A DNA stretch of 40,330 bases. Origin: Octopus bimaculoides (Eukaryota). The stretch spans positions 4,242,227-4,282,556 of the forward strand of contig NC_069005.1 in the NCBI RefSeq assembly GCF_001194135.2, written 5' to 3'. The notes under the pieces are model-generated. The model searched no databases and was not told the origin of the DNA. It saw only the letters and a program-made list of their open reading frames with translations. Below, one piece after another: positions 26,027 to 38,309 of the stretch. The position numbers and the translations under genes are program-made. Position 1 is the stretch's first letter, and the number at the start of each line of letters is the position of its first letter.

Positions 26027-26486
26027 GGAAAGAGGAAAATGACTTATGAGAAGGAAAAGACTAGTGCATCCGCTATTACTTGGCTGATGATATATCTTTC
26101 CGTGTCCCAAGATCAGAAGGAATAATCATGTCCGGAACTGGTTTTGGGAACCTATCCTTGGCGCAACAAGGCTGTGTTTCTTGCTTGCTCTTATTAATTT
26201 TAATATGTGCGCCTTTCCGTGCAATACGGTCCCACATTTCAGACTTGGAAGTTTGCTTAAAGGGGTGAAATAACCAGCAAGTTGTGTAACTTTCTGCGAG
26301 GTGATGTGCCTTAAGCCTAGGTAGCTGTAATTAGACTTGAGCGATCGGAAGGTAGGTTCTAACGGAAGGGAGTACACTGGACCTGGACCGCTTGGGGGTT
26401 TCCACTCCTAAATTTGCAGTCGATATCGACTCTTCTTTCTAACGGAACTCACAAGTCAGTGATTATATATATATATATATATATGT

Positions 26487-26527
26487 ATACATGCTGGCCA
26501 TACATGCTGGCCATACATGCTGGCCAT
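26487..26527. repeat. 13-bp tandem repeat (CATACATGCTGGC) x3
   Basis: Read directly; it overlaps the 5' end of the 5S-derived sequence. Confidence 0.9.
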
Positions 26528-26620
26528 ATCATGTTGAAATCACCGATTTAAGCAACGTAAAGCCTAGTTAGTACATACAATGACGATCTGTTGGGAAGCC
26601 TAGGAGTTGTGAACATTCTT
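26519..26620 (+). pseudogene. 5S rRNA-derived pseudogene with internal deletion
   Basis: GGCCATATCATGTTGAAA-TCACCGA-TTAAGCAACGT..GCCTAGTTAGTAC..GGGAA..AGG.GTTGT follows the metazoan 5S layout, but the roughly 18-nt segment between the two CACCG repeats is missing and box C is decayed. Confidence 0.75.
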
Positions 26621-26630
26621 CCTTTCTCTC

Positions 26631-26685
<55 letters not shown>

Positions 26686-27345
26686 ATGAAGAAAGAATTA
26701 CTTTATACCTTTGTTTCTCATTTTTAACACCAGCATCTACAGCGACTTTTCACTGTATCGCTGTATTTAGAATTGCATTTGTGATAACATATATCAGGCA
26801 AAACATACGTGGGAGAAGTTACATAAGTTGAGATACGTTTCCCTTAATAGATACAAATAAGATGGAATGATCCCATTCGGGCTATTCTAAACATAGTACT
26901 ACAGTATTACTTTTAGCTACAACTGAAAGAACGATTTACATAATCAATGACTTCCTGCGGGCTAAATAAAAAGCAGGGGGGATAATTTTATTTGCAGCGT
27001 TAACTTATATGTCTCGTCAATCAGAACCACCGTAAAACCACAGAACAACCGCAGCAGAAGCAGCAGAAGCAGCAGAAGCAGCAGCATCAATAATAGAAGC
27101 ATTAGAAATAACTGCGACAATAACGTTAACAACAGCAACGAATTCAACAGCATCTACAACAGCGACACAATTATTAACGGATATATGTATAAGCGATGGC
27201 CTGGCTGTGTAATAAGAAATTTGTTATAGTGCCACGTGATTTCCAGTTCAGACACACAGCTTGGAACTTCTGACAAATGTGTGTTACGACAGGCCGGCGC
27301 CAAGCAAAACATTTTAATTGGGTATGGCTGACGGAATTGGAACAG

Positions 27346-27532
27346 ATGTATGTATGTATGTATGTATGTATGTATGTATGTACGTATATATACAGATATG
27401 TATGTATGCATGCATGCATGTATGTATGTATGTACGTATATATGCAGATATGTATGTATGCATGCATGTATGTATGTATGTATGTACGTATATATGCAGA
27501 TATGTATGTATGCGTGTATGTATGTATGTATG

Positions 27533-27580
<48 letters not shown>

Positions 27581-27725
27581 CGTCTATCTATTTATTTATC
27601 AGTCTAGCTATCTGTCTGTCTATCTGTATATCTATCTATATATTTATCTATCTGTGTGTGTATATGTGTGTGTAAATGCATGTATGTATGTATGTATGTA
27701 TGTATGTGTGTACGTACGTATGTAA
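27346..27725. repeat. (TATG)n/(TATC)n tract with a roughly 50-bp higher-order unit repeated three times
   Basis: GTACGTATATAT(A/G)CAGATATGTATGTATGC recurs near 27380, 27433 and 27485. Confidence 0.85.
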
Positions 27726-28038
27726 GTGTGTTTGTATTCCACATAATGGTTTCACAACCGCTCTTGGTTTATTTGCTCCCAGAAACGTAGCTGTTCTGTA
27801 AAAAAGACCGAGAGAATACGTACCTGGCTTTACAATAGTCCGTTCCTCCAAACACTTCAAGCCCTTCCACCAGCATGATTGCAGTGCAATTACCGAATAA
27901 TGTAAAATCTAAAAGATATATACTTTCATATTTGCGGTATCTTTCGAAATATCACAATTACAGATATTCATATTTCAATTTTGATTCCTCATATACATAC
28001 ACACGCAGACAATCCAACACCCATACACATACATATGG

Positions 28039-28069
<31 letters not shown>

Positions 28070-28681
28070 TGTTTTCAAGTTGATAGGAAATCAACCACAA
28101 CATAAATACACACACACACACTCACACACACATAAGTCAGTCAGCGCGGTACTATTGCAGAAAGGATCTGCCCATTTTGCAATGCAAAGCAGTGTGGTTG
28201 AATCCGAACCCACGATATTGGAAAGTGTGCTTTTCAATCACACAGCCATTCCTTTTTCTTTCCTCTTTTTTTTTTTTTACTTTTCTGTTTTTTTTTTTGT
28301 TTTTTGTTTTTTGTCTTGATAAAGAAATCTTTACAATATAATGAAAAGTAAATAGAACCTCGCTAAATAAAAAAGAATTTATTCGTTCTGGTAGGCTTCT
28401 GTCTTCACTGCTGAAATACATATAATATAAAGTAAATGTCATTGAACACGGAGATCGTGTGTTGGTATCTGCAATCAGAAGCAGGGGAAATCCAATCTAT
28501 AGGCAATGTAATTGGATTATTTCAAGTAATCTTACATTTGACAAGTAAGTGGAATGTTCTGGAATAGTAAATCTCTTAGAGTTGAAACATTTTCGAAAGA
28601 AACACAGGTTGTATAGTTGAATACAACAGACAGGTTTCTATAGGAACTCAAAAAGATCTAATCTAGAAGGATAGGACATTT

Positions 28682-28840
28682 GCAGGTGTGGCTCTGTGGT
28701 TAGGCGATTTCTTTAATACAACATGATATCGAGTTCAGTTCCACAGCATGGAACCTTGAACAAATGTCTTCTTCTGTAAGATTCGGTCGTCCAAAGCCCT
28801 GTGAGTGGTTTTGTAGAAGGAAACCCAAAGAAGCTCGTCA
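28682..28840 (+). mobile_element. SINE family 2 copy (diverged)
   Basis: GCAGGTGTGGCTCTGTGGTTAGG..GAGTTCAGTTCC..ACCTTGAACAAATGTCTTC..CCAAAGCCCTGTGAGTGG, with a (TA)n tail. Confidence 0.75.
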
Positions 28841-30599
28841 TATATATTTATATATATATATATATATATNNNNNNNNNNNNNNNNNNNNNNNNNNNNNNN
28901 NNNNNNNNNNNNNNNNNNNNNNNNNNNNNNNNNNNNNNNNNNNNNNNNNNNNNNNNNNNNNNNNNNNNNNNNNNNNNNNNNNNNNNNNNNNNNNNNNNNN
29001 NNNNNNNNNNNNNNNNNNNNNNNNNNNNNNNNNNNNNNNNNNNNNNNNNNNNNNNNNNNNNNNNNNNNNNNNNNNNNNNNNNNNNNNNNNNNNNNNNNNN
29101 NNNNNNNNNNNNNNNNNNNNNNNNNNNNNNNNNNNNNNNNNNNNNNNNNNNNNNNNNNNNNNNNNNNNNNNNNNNNNNNNNNNNNNNNNNNNNNNNNNNN
29201 NNNNNNNNNNNNNNNNNNNNNNNNNNNNTATATATATATATATATATATATATATGCATACATTCATACATACGTACATTCTTACATACATACATACATA
29301 CATACATACATGCATACATACATACATACATACATATATACATACATACATACATACATACATGCATACATACAACGATGCATGCATACATCGTGTAGAC
29401 GTCCTCCCTAAGTTTCTGACGCTGCAATCACGACCGCAATATGAACGAATCGGTTTACATTTCTCGAAATGGATATGAAGTCTGTAAATGTTTCTAAAGG
29501 CGTTCATAGTTAGATCATCTTTACCAATAGAATGTGCTTTCCAAAATTTCATTGGCCTGATGCTAAAAAATATTTTCTCCCACTAATTTCAACCTAGCTT
29601 TCAAAATATCGTCGTTTATAAATTTATATTAATAAATGTTGCCATTGTTGGAGAGATACAAACCAACGCGAATCACTCTCCTCCGAATTTCTGTTGTTTC
29701 TTTGTACCAACACAGGTGATTGCAACTGCATTTCGTTAAGCCGAGATTTGTCCTCATTAAGAACAATTATGATCTATGGAGGTCGGACGAACTTTCACCC
29801 ATAGCATCTTGTGACCTACGTTAACTCACATAATTCACCAGCATTAACCACATTCACTAATATAATTGTGTTTCAGTTATAAAAACGGATCTGATAGCCT
29901 TCGTAGAATTGATATTACTAACCGGTCGATTACCACAAAGAGGCTGTCTATTCCATATATAAAACAGACATTCGTAAAAAGCATTGTAACTAGAAAACAC
30001 TTTTCCTCATTATGATAGTTTGACTTCACACAATTTGGAAAACATCGCAAAAAGAGAATTTAGCGAACTACTACTTGCATCAGTAGACACAAATAAGTAG
30101 AATCGAAAGTCAGTATTCAGCTGTAGACTACAACTGTACTCAGAAACTGCCAGAATCTTCTTTCTCCAACAAAGAAACAATTAGATCTGAAAGTCTGCGT
30201 CTGATTACGCACAAACCGTTTTATAGCTGGTATGAGACAAATCGTTTCGTATGATAAATCATTATGCAGAGTTACAAAGCTAAGTCACCCATATTTCCTG
30301 AGAAAGAAGTGAGATTAATAAGAACAAGCAGAAAAGCATAAAAAAAAACAAACACAAACGGAAATAGAAGGATATGAAAGGATCAATTGTAGTTGTCATA
30401 AATGAAGTAGCAGGTGCTTTATCTTTGTTCCTTAATTGGTTGCAGGATAAAAACAATAAATACAAAAATTGGTTTATGTGCTCCAACTTGTGATTAAATA
30501 GTAGAACTGGTCTATATGTGGATAACTATCAAATCAGCTTTGATTTGTTGTGCACAGGCAACAAAGATTAATTTATCTTCAGAGAAATATATATATATG

Positions 30600-30634
<35 letters not shown>

Positions 30635-31739
30635 NNNNNNNNNNNNNNNNNNNNNNNNNNNNNNNNNNNNNNNNNNNNNNNNNNNNNNNNNNNNNNNNNN
30701 NNNNNNNNNNNNNNNNNNNNNNNNNNNNNNNNNNNNNNNNNNNNNNNNNNNNNNNNNNNNNNNNNNNNNNNNNNNNNNNNNNNNNNNNNNNNNNNNNNNN
30801 NNNNNNNNNNNNNNNNNNNNNNNNNNNNNNNNNNNNNNNNNNNNNNNNNNNNNNNNNNNNNNNNNNNNNNNNNNNNNNNNNNNNNNNNNNNNNNNNNNNN
30901 NNNNNNNNNNNNNNNNNNNNNNNNNNNNNNNNNNNNNNNNNNNNNNNNNNNNNNNNNNNNNNNNNNNNNNNNNNNNNNNNNNNNNNNNNNNNNNNNNNNN
31001 NNNNNNNNNNNNNNNNNNNNNNNNNNNNNNNNNNNNNNNNNNNNNNNNNNNNNNNNNNNNNNNNNNNNNNNNNNNNNNNNNNNNNNNNNNNNNNNNATGT
31101 GTGTATATGTATGTATAATATTTATGTATACTTATATATTTGCCTATGTGTATATGTTTATGCATACACTCATATATATCGGGAAGTGATTTACTTTTGT
31201 GGCATTATATACATGTTCAAACCTTCATAGGAAGAAACAGATTTTTATGCGTACTTTTGATTGATATATATATATTTGTCTGTGTGTGAGTCTGTGTGTG
31301 TGTGTCTGTGTGTGCGTATATATGTATTCGTATGAATATATATATATGTATGCATGCATGTATGTATATTTCATTGATAAATCACCGTAACTTCATGTTT
31401 GGCACTGAAATTATTTTAAGCACTCATCAGTTAGCACACAGAAAACATTTCGAGATATTCGTGGTATATACGAGATAAATTCTAGAAGTTTTCAGACATT
31501 TGTAAGAAACGAAGTTATATCTCGCTGAGATTATTTTAATTTTAGTATGTGACTTCTATACATCGAATAAGCTGACCTGTCATGTTTTTTCTTAATCCCA
31601 CTGCAACACAATGCTGTCGGGATGTGAAAACAATTTGGAAGCTCGCTAAGTTATATAGTCTTGTGCTAAATTGGTCAAAATCGCTACAGAATATTTTAAA
31701 ATCTTCCAAACTGCTTAAGGGTTAAATCATATGAAAAGA

Positions 31740-32100
31740 GCATCTGCTTTGCTGGCACTAGAATCCAGGAAAGCAAGTCAACCGAAAAGAATTTGGCGAT
31801 TTTATCGTGGCCAAGACGGGCATCAAATATATACGTTAGGTTCTCTCTGGAAATAGGGTCACCAATGATATCATTGTGCAGGTTTGAACGACATCGAGCA
31901 GAAATTTCACCGTTAAAGACCAGAACCATGTATCGGGACAAGGCCTCAGTCAACTACTTTATACAATCCAGACCTTGTTCCCTGTGTCTTTTATATGTTC
32001 TCCAAGTTAAAGTAGAAGATGAAAGATATTGAGTTAAGGATCCTGGAACTTTCACTTTGGAGTAATTCCATGAGACTTTCACGAGGTGGATAGAGGGCTA
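31740..32100 (+). mobile_element. Mariner (Tc1/mariner) transposase C-terminal fossil
   Basis: Plus frames give PGKQVNRKEF (cf. PGQTVNKEYY) and SLWK. At 31962-32012, YNPDLVPCVFYMFSKLK matches the mariner hallmark YSPDLAPCDFxLFPKLK. Stops and frameshifts are present. Confidence 0.75.
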
Positions 32101-32346
32101 TAACTAATGCATTGTCTATCCGCAAAAGATCTTACATGTCACATACATATATGTATACATTATCTATCTATCAACCTATCTCTCTTTCTCTCCCTTTCTG
32201 TCTCTCTCTCTCTAAATATATATACACAAACGTTTGTATATATATGTAGTTGGAATTTACAGAAAATCAAAGGACAAAGACAGGTGTACGAACAACAACG
32301 ATATATATATATAATTTAAGTTAGTTGAAATAAATAACAAACATAT

Positions 32347-32387
32347 TTCAAACATGTTTCAAGACCCGAAAAAGCCTTATAAGCAAA
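32347..32387 (-). ncRNA. Degenerate hammerhead just 3' of a PLE endonuclease stop codon
   Basis: Minus strand TTTG-CTTATAA-GGCTTTTTCGGGTCTT-GAAA-CATGT-T-TGAA. The core has two substitutions relative to CTGATGA; stem III is the perfect palindrome ACATGT. It starts about 10 nt after the TGA at 32397-32399. Confidence 0.5.
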
Positions 32388-32396
32388 CGGAAAGAT

Positions 32397-33600
32397 TCAA
32401 ATTTTCAGTTGGTAGCGCTGGAAGTGGATACATTTAGAGAAAAATTCATTATGAATATTTAACGCACCGCGTTTATTATAGTCTTTAAGAAGTTCGGGTC
32501 TCTCTGTGAAGCAGATGTTTGTAGCAGCCACTTCTATTAATATATGGACCTGGTTGATTGGATGATCTATTATTTTCCAGTGGTCCGTTGATCTTTGAGG
32601 TCCCACATATGTATATATATGTATATATATGTGTGTGTATGTATATGCATATCTATGTATGTATGTTTGTAAATATATATATATTTACAGAAGGTTTCTT
32701 TCAGTTTCCATTCACCAAAGTGACTGACAAGGAGTTGGTTCGCTTGACGCTGTAGTATTCGTTGCCTACTTCCGTACATTGCGATTGAACTTATAAATAT
32801 GATGTGGAGACGGTAACTGAGCCTGCGCATATATTTTAGATGTTGTTATTTAAAAAAAAAACAATGCAGATCTGTACATAGAGAATAAGTTACTAAATGT
32901 TGAAACTGCAAGTTAGATAAATTCGTAGTTTTGGTTATAGTATATGAGAGAGAGGAAAAAAAACAGATCAAATGAAATATTTTCTACAATATTAACGAAT
33001 AAAACAGTAAAATACATTATGTATAGGCTGACATTATTTTCATCGATTTTTGTGTAGATGGTCCATAAAGTCTTTCATAAAATAAAAATGTTCATTTTCT
33101 TCAATGTCTAGACACCTATCAGTCATATAACATGTATTTATATAAACGTATATATCAGTTTTGAAAACTGCAATATACTTACATTAGGCATTATCTTCAT
33201 CCAAACAGGTTTTTACGTATAAATATCTACTAGTATTCATACATTCGTATATATATACATATATAATTATATAGGAAGAACGTATAACATCTCTGAAGAA
33301 CTAATGTGGAACATAAAGTCCTTAATTGTACCTATTATCATTAGCACAGACCTGGGTACGTGACACCTGGTTTGTATAAAAGACTACAAATAATGGTATT
33401 CTGCAACAAAGAATACCGCAAAATTGACTCGCATTCTTCAATAGTTTAATTGTAGAATGAAAATGTTTAAAACTTCTAGGAATATTTCATTTGATATACG
33501 GTTGAAGTTTTGTACACATGTTCATGTGTGTATGGAATACACATACAAACTTAACTTATATAAGCAGTGACGAATCAAAAGCGCTTTTATGTGGAAAAGT
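32397..33600 (-). mobile_element. Decayed Penelope-like element: RT thumb plus GIY-YIG C-terminus, interrupted by a SINE
   Basis: ORF 32397-32606 reads WKIID...NICFTE-RPEL...LNIHNEFFSKCIHFQRYQL, matching the PLE endonuclease tail pattern WKII...CNLCLxEK...LNKRNELxSKCRH. At 33040-33115, CLDIEENEHFYFMKDFMDHLHKNR matches FLDI..L....FYPYMKPN...YIHKNS. Confidence 0.75.
32685..32830 (-). mobile_element. SINE family 2 remnant inserted in the PLE fossil
   Basis: GAAGGTTTCTTTCAGTTTCC..ACCAAA..CACAAGG-like sequence is the reverse complement of the 3' part of the 28682 copy. Confidence 0.55.
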
Positions 33601-33831
33601 TGTAAGCACAAATATACATATATGCACACTGACTACTTCGTATATATATACCAACTCGGTTATAAGTGTTACATGAAACAAAACAACGTTTAGTCTTTGC
33701 TAGCGCATGCTTTGTACTCTAGCAAAAAAGAAAAATATCCAAAGCTTTGAATATATGACAAAAAACAGAAATACAGACATGTGCGGTCATACGGCTTCAC
33801 TCGCGCACACGCACACACAGAGGATTATATG

Positions 33832-33878
<47 letters not shown>

Positions 33879-34771
33879 TCTGCCGCTGCGTTCTGAGTTC
33901 AAATTCCGCCGAGGTCGACTTTGCCTTTCATCCTTTCGGGAACGATTAACTAAGTACCAGTTACGCACTGGGGTCGACGTAATCAACTTAATCCCTTTGC
34001 CTGTCCTTGTTTCTCACTGGCATCTATTTTCAGGTGTACAGGTCACTGTCAGATCGCCGATGTTTGTTGTGCACTCCGCTATCGTTATTTGATTGCTGTT
34101 ATTCTGCTCGTCTGTGTGTAAAGACAAGTTGTGTTTTGCAGGCTTTTTAATTTTTACCCATAACATTTAAATGGAGANNNNNNNNNNNNNNNNNNNNNNN
34201 NNNNNNNNNNNNNNNNNNNNNNNNNNNNNNNNNNNNNNNNNNNNNNNNNNNNNNNNNNNNNNNNNNNNNNNNNNNNNNNNNNNNNNNNNNNNNNNNNNNN
34301 NNNNNNNNNNNNNNNNNNNNNNNNNNNNNNNNNNNNNNNNNNNNNNNNNNNNNNNNNNNNNNNNNNNNNNNNNNNNNNNNNNNNNNNNNNNNNNNNNNNN
34401 NNNNNNNNNNNNNNNNNNNNNNNNNNNNNNNNNNNNNNNNNNNNNNNNNNNNNNNNNNNNNNNNNNNNNNNNNNNNNNNNNNNNNNNNNNNNNNNNNNNN
34501 NNNNNNNNNNNNNNNNAAGTTGTAAGCACAAATATACATATATGCACACTGACTACTTCGTATATATATACCAACTCGGTTATAAGTGTTACATGAAACA
34601 AAACAACGTTTAGTCTTTGCTAGCGCATGCTTTGTACTCTAGCAAAAAAGAAAAATATCCAAAGCTTTGAATATATGACAAAAAACAGAAATACAGACAT
34701 GTGCGGTCATACGGCTTCACTCGCGCACACGCACACACAGAGGATTATATGTATATATATATATACATATA
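33597..34771 (+). repeat. Identical 255-bp duplication flanking a gap (33597-33851 = 34517-34771)
   Basis: No differences seen by eye; the second copy begins exactly at the gap edge. Confidence 0.9.
33877..34011 (+). mobile_element. SINE family 1 copy, 5'-truncated, low divergence
   Basis: CGTCTGCCGCTGCGTTCTGAGTTCAAATTCCGCCGAGGTCGACTTTGCCTTTCATCCTTTCGGG..., directly after a (TA)n tract. Confidence 0.85.
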
Positions 34772-34789
34772 CTTGAGTGTGTGTGTCGA

Positions 34790-35110
34790 TGTTAAAAATC
34801 TAAGAGGGGTCGGCACCAAACGTTGGAATCAACACTCATGTTTGCCACCGATAGGAATGCCAGAGCACTGTTCCAAATGTCTCATCCATTTTGTCGAGAC
34901 GGAAGAACATGTTCTACATTAGGTTGGATTTAAAAGGCCCACAGCTCTTTAATATATTACTGACAAAACATCATATACATGGAATAGGGTTAGATATTTT
35001 TAACGAACAACTTGATATCCTGTTGACCAATGTCCCAGGTGAACCTACTTCACGGCAGCAATATGGGACTCCCTCCTTCAGCAAAACCCAATCACAAAAC
35101 AATGACCATT
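34790..35110 (+). mobile_element. CR1/L2-like LINE ORF2 3' end remnant
   Basis: ORF 34891-35112 reads KGPQLFNILLTKHHIHGIGLDIFNEQLDILLTNVPGEPTSRQ, matching the GP.LFN.LP...R......FK..LD.FL..VPDEP terminus of CR1/L2-group LINEs. Confidence 0.7.
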
Positions 35111-35212
35111 GAAAAGGTGACTGTTACTGCCGTTGCACCAGTATGCCCAGAGGTTTTATCTGAATCACAAGACCGAATAAAAGAATACACACACAGATAA
35201 AGAGACAGATAA

Positions 35213-35214
<2 letters not shown>

Positions 35215-35273
<59 letters not shown>
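35215..35273. repeat. (GATA)n microsatellite
   Basis: Read directly. Confidence 0.95.
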
Positions 35274-35274
<1 letters not shown>

Positions 35275-35829
35275 TATTTAAGCAAATATTACTTTCATAA
35301 CTGTTTAAGGATTAGTTGCAATCTACACATTGAAAGGTAATGCAAGTGGATATATTTACATTTTCAAATTTATTCGATTCGAATACCGTTCCATGTTACT
35401 AAACTGCAATTATTAACATATTTACATTTATCGAGAAAACTTATTTCCGGTGTATATAAAGCAATCTTTGACGTAATAAACCATTACATTGTTTTGGAAA
35501 AAGAAAAAAAAATACTTTGTGAGCAGAAAACAAATTTAATATGTTTCATCATAAACTCACACACTCGGTTTCCCACCTGTAATATGGTAGCATTAGACGT
35601 TTAACATATTGGAAATACCGATAATGGAAATAAAAACATGACGGAAAGTCTATTTGTTAGTGGCTATTTGAAAATAATGAAAAACTACGAATGAAGTGGT
35701 TTGAAGTAACAACGAACTATACGGGAGCTGCTAAAAAAAAATATCATTTTTTACTGGGCTGTTATAATTTACCTTACCTTCGCGGTTGACGTTATCAGGG
35801 ACGTATAAGTAATATTGCGACTAGTGTTA

Positions 35830-35870
35830 TTTAGCATTAATAACCGCATATTGCGGTTATTAATGCTAAA
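35830..35870. repeat. Perfect 19-bp inverted repeat with 3-nt loop
   Basis: TTTAGCATTAATAACCGCA-TAT-TGCGGTTATTAATGCTAAA. Confidence 0.95.
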
Positions 35871-36017
35871 GTATCATATATCAATTTGGAAATCAGGCTT
35901 CATAGTGACGATGATGTTAGCCATGAAGGAATGGCTACCGGTGAAATGGTGATGGAAATATTCTCAATTACATTATGGTATATCTTGCATCGTTTACGCG
36001 TTTACGTCATTGGAGGA

Positions 36018-36136
36018 CAAGGCTTTGGTTGTCCCGAGGTTGTAGTAGAAAACACTTGCCCAAGGTGTCACGCAGAGGGACTGAACCCAGACCCATGTGG
36101 TCGGGAAGCAAGCTTCCTACCACACAGCTATGTCTG
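36018..36136 (-). mobile_element. SINE family 2 (tRNA head plus CORE-like CACCTTGGGCAAG body)
   Basis: Minus strand GCTGTGTGGTAGGAAGCTTGCTTCC...GGGTTCAGTCCC..GACACCTTGGGCAAGTG shows A- and B-box-like motifs followed by a CORE-like segment. Confidence 0.8.
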
Positions 36137-36158
36137 AGCCTATATATAAATACATACA

Positions 36159-36223
<65 letters not shown>

Positions 36224-37459
36224 AAAACTGTGCAGCTGGGAAGCAAACTTCTTAACGCACGCCCATTTTTAAAGATTGCTATTAGACAACCTTGTATAGA
36301 GATTTGTATAGTGAGAGTAAGTTTTGAATACCAGAAAAGTAAGAAATACTCGTAGTTTTAGTTATAGTGTTAGAGAAGAAGAAGAAAAACAGGAAGAAGG
36401 AGGAGGAGGAGGAGAAGGAAAAGAAGCAGAAATCATATATATTTTACAATAATAACAAATAATGCAATAAAATGTATTCTGTATAGGCTGACATTATTTT
36501 TATCGATTTTTATGTAGATGGTCCATAACGTCTTTCATAAAATAAAAATGTACATTTTCTTCAATGTCTAGACACCTATCAGTCATATTACATGTGTTTA
36601 TATAAACGTATATATCAGTTTTGAAAAATGTTATATTCTTACACTACGTATTATCTTCAGCCAAATAGATATTCACGTATAAATACGTACAAGGTAAACA
36701 TACATACATACATACATACGTACAAGCATACATACGTACGTATATTCATAGGTGAAAAGTATTAAATCTATCGAGATGTAACGCCAATGATAAATCTCTT
36801 GCTCGCACCTATTATCATTAGAACAAACTGCTTAATGTAACACATGATTTACCCAAAATACGAGAAAAGATTCTGCTCTTGAACAACGACAACGGTAAAC
36901 TGATTCGGCTTCTTGAATTGTTTAATTGTATAGCAGTTCATTTGGTAAAAATCTTGTATGCAATTAAATGTGTATACGGAATATACTTTCATGCAAAGTT
37001 ACACTCGCCTGAATAGTAATGAATCGTAAACTCACTTGTGTCCTACAATTATATATATAAACATACATACATACACACATACATATTTGCATACAGAAGC
37101 ATAAAAAATGCATCATAGTTTCACAGACTGAAACAGACGTCAATATATATATAAAGCTACAAAATGACCAGAAAATATCACAAAAAAGTGCTAGCCACAG
37201 TTTTACGTTCCCGTTCGTCCGACAATTTGTGATTTAGAATTTCTATTACAACTGTCTAACGAACGTGAAACTCTAAGTAGTAGTTTTTTGTGATATTTTT
37301 GTGATGTTTTTGCAGCTGTAATAATAAAACCTATTACTCTACCTTCGGTATTCGAGTACTGTTACTTCCTCCCTTGTCTCACATTTGTGTGTTTACTCTG
37401 GTATATATCTATATATATATACATAGTTGTTTATTTACTATGCAAATATAATATGATAT

Positions 37460-37565
<106 letters not shown>

Positions 37566-38309
37566 TATGGTGGGGTGTATACATATATATGTCGACAATA
37601 TAAAAGCGTGTGAATACACAATTGTATACCCAATACATACATGTACTGAATCTTACATAATCTACTTAGTCATGGGTGTGTTTCTGTATATGCGCGTGTG
37701 TATTTGTGTGTATGCGTTTGCAAGAATATCACGACGATGGCTTTGTAATACATGCCACAAGAATACGTCCATATTTGAAAGCTCTATATTAAAATGTATT
37801 AATACCCATAAAATCACATGATTCTTGTCTAGACTTCGAAACAAAATAATATTGAGGTCTTCATTTTTCTGAAATATCACACGGAGAAAAAAGTGTTTAA
37901 AAATCGATAGATATAAAATTAAAAAAAAAGAAGAATACTGAATTGAAAGCAGTTTCATGTTATGCAAATTTATTGTCTTGTATCAACAGATAAAAAAAAG
38001 CGGTATTAAATGCATATATTGTTTTCTTTTCAAATATTGTCAGTTGGATGTTTTGATTTTCGGCTCTTTTCTTCTTTGTTCATGACCCTAGAGCAACTGT
38101 AATCATTTTCAACTTTTCTGCCGACTTGCATAGCTGGTTCTTCTATTTGCATTTGTTTACTATACGTTAAATAAATTACTGGGGTTGCAGCTATCGGGGG
38201 AAACCATTTCTAATTTAGTTTCAACTCGTGTAATGGAATTTTTTAAAGTGATGTTTTGAAGCAAAATACTACTGAGATAAATACTATCTTTGATTTTGAA
38301 ACAATTTTA

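Larger units (their letters stand above)
35330..37070 (-). mobile_element. Decayed Penelope-like element, paralogue of 32397-33600
   Basis: An open frame near 36500-36645 reads KNITFFKTDIYVYINTCNMTDRCLDIEENVHFYFMKDVMDHLHKNR (cf. KIIKIFK...ITIETNL..V.FLDI). Nucleotide homology: 36350-37070 to 32920-33620, and 35340-35360 to 32425-32445. Confidence 0.7.

Noticed and set aside
29700-30260. Possible plus-strand Penelope/Poseidon-type remnant (KRLSIPYIKQ; TTTVLRN..LLSPTKK)
   Set aside because: Only two short, loose motif matches. It should be rechecked by profile search because it bears on the strand-bias finding.
31696-31953. 85-aa minus-strand ORF as a host exon
   Set aside because: It is the antisense shadow of the plus-strand mariner fossil.
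8482-34601. Long ORFs of 130-330 aa in the ORF track
   Set aside because: They consist of X from N-gaps plus YI/IY microsatellite translation.
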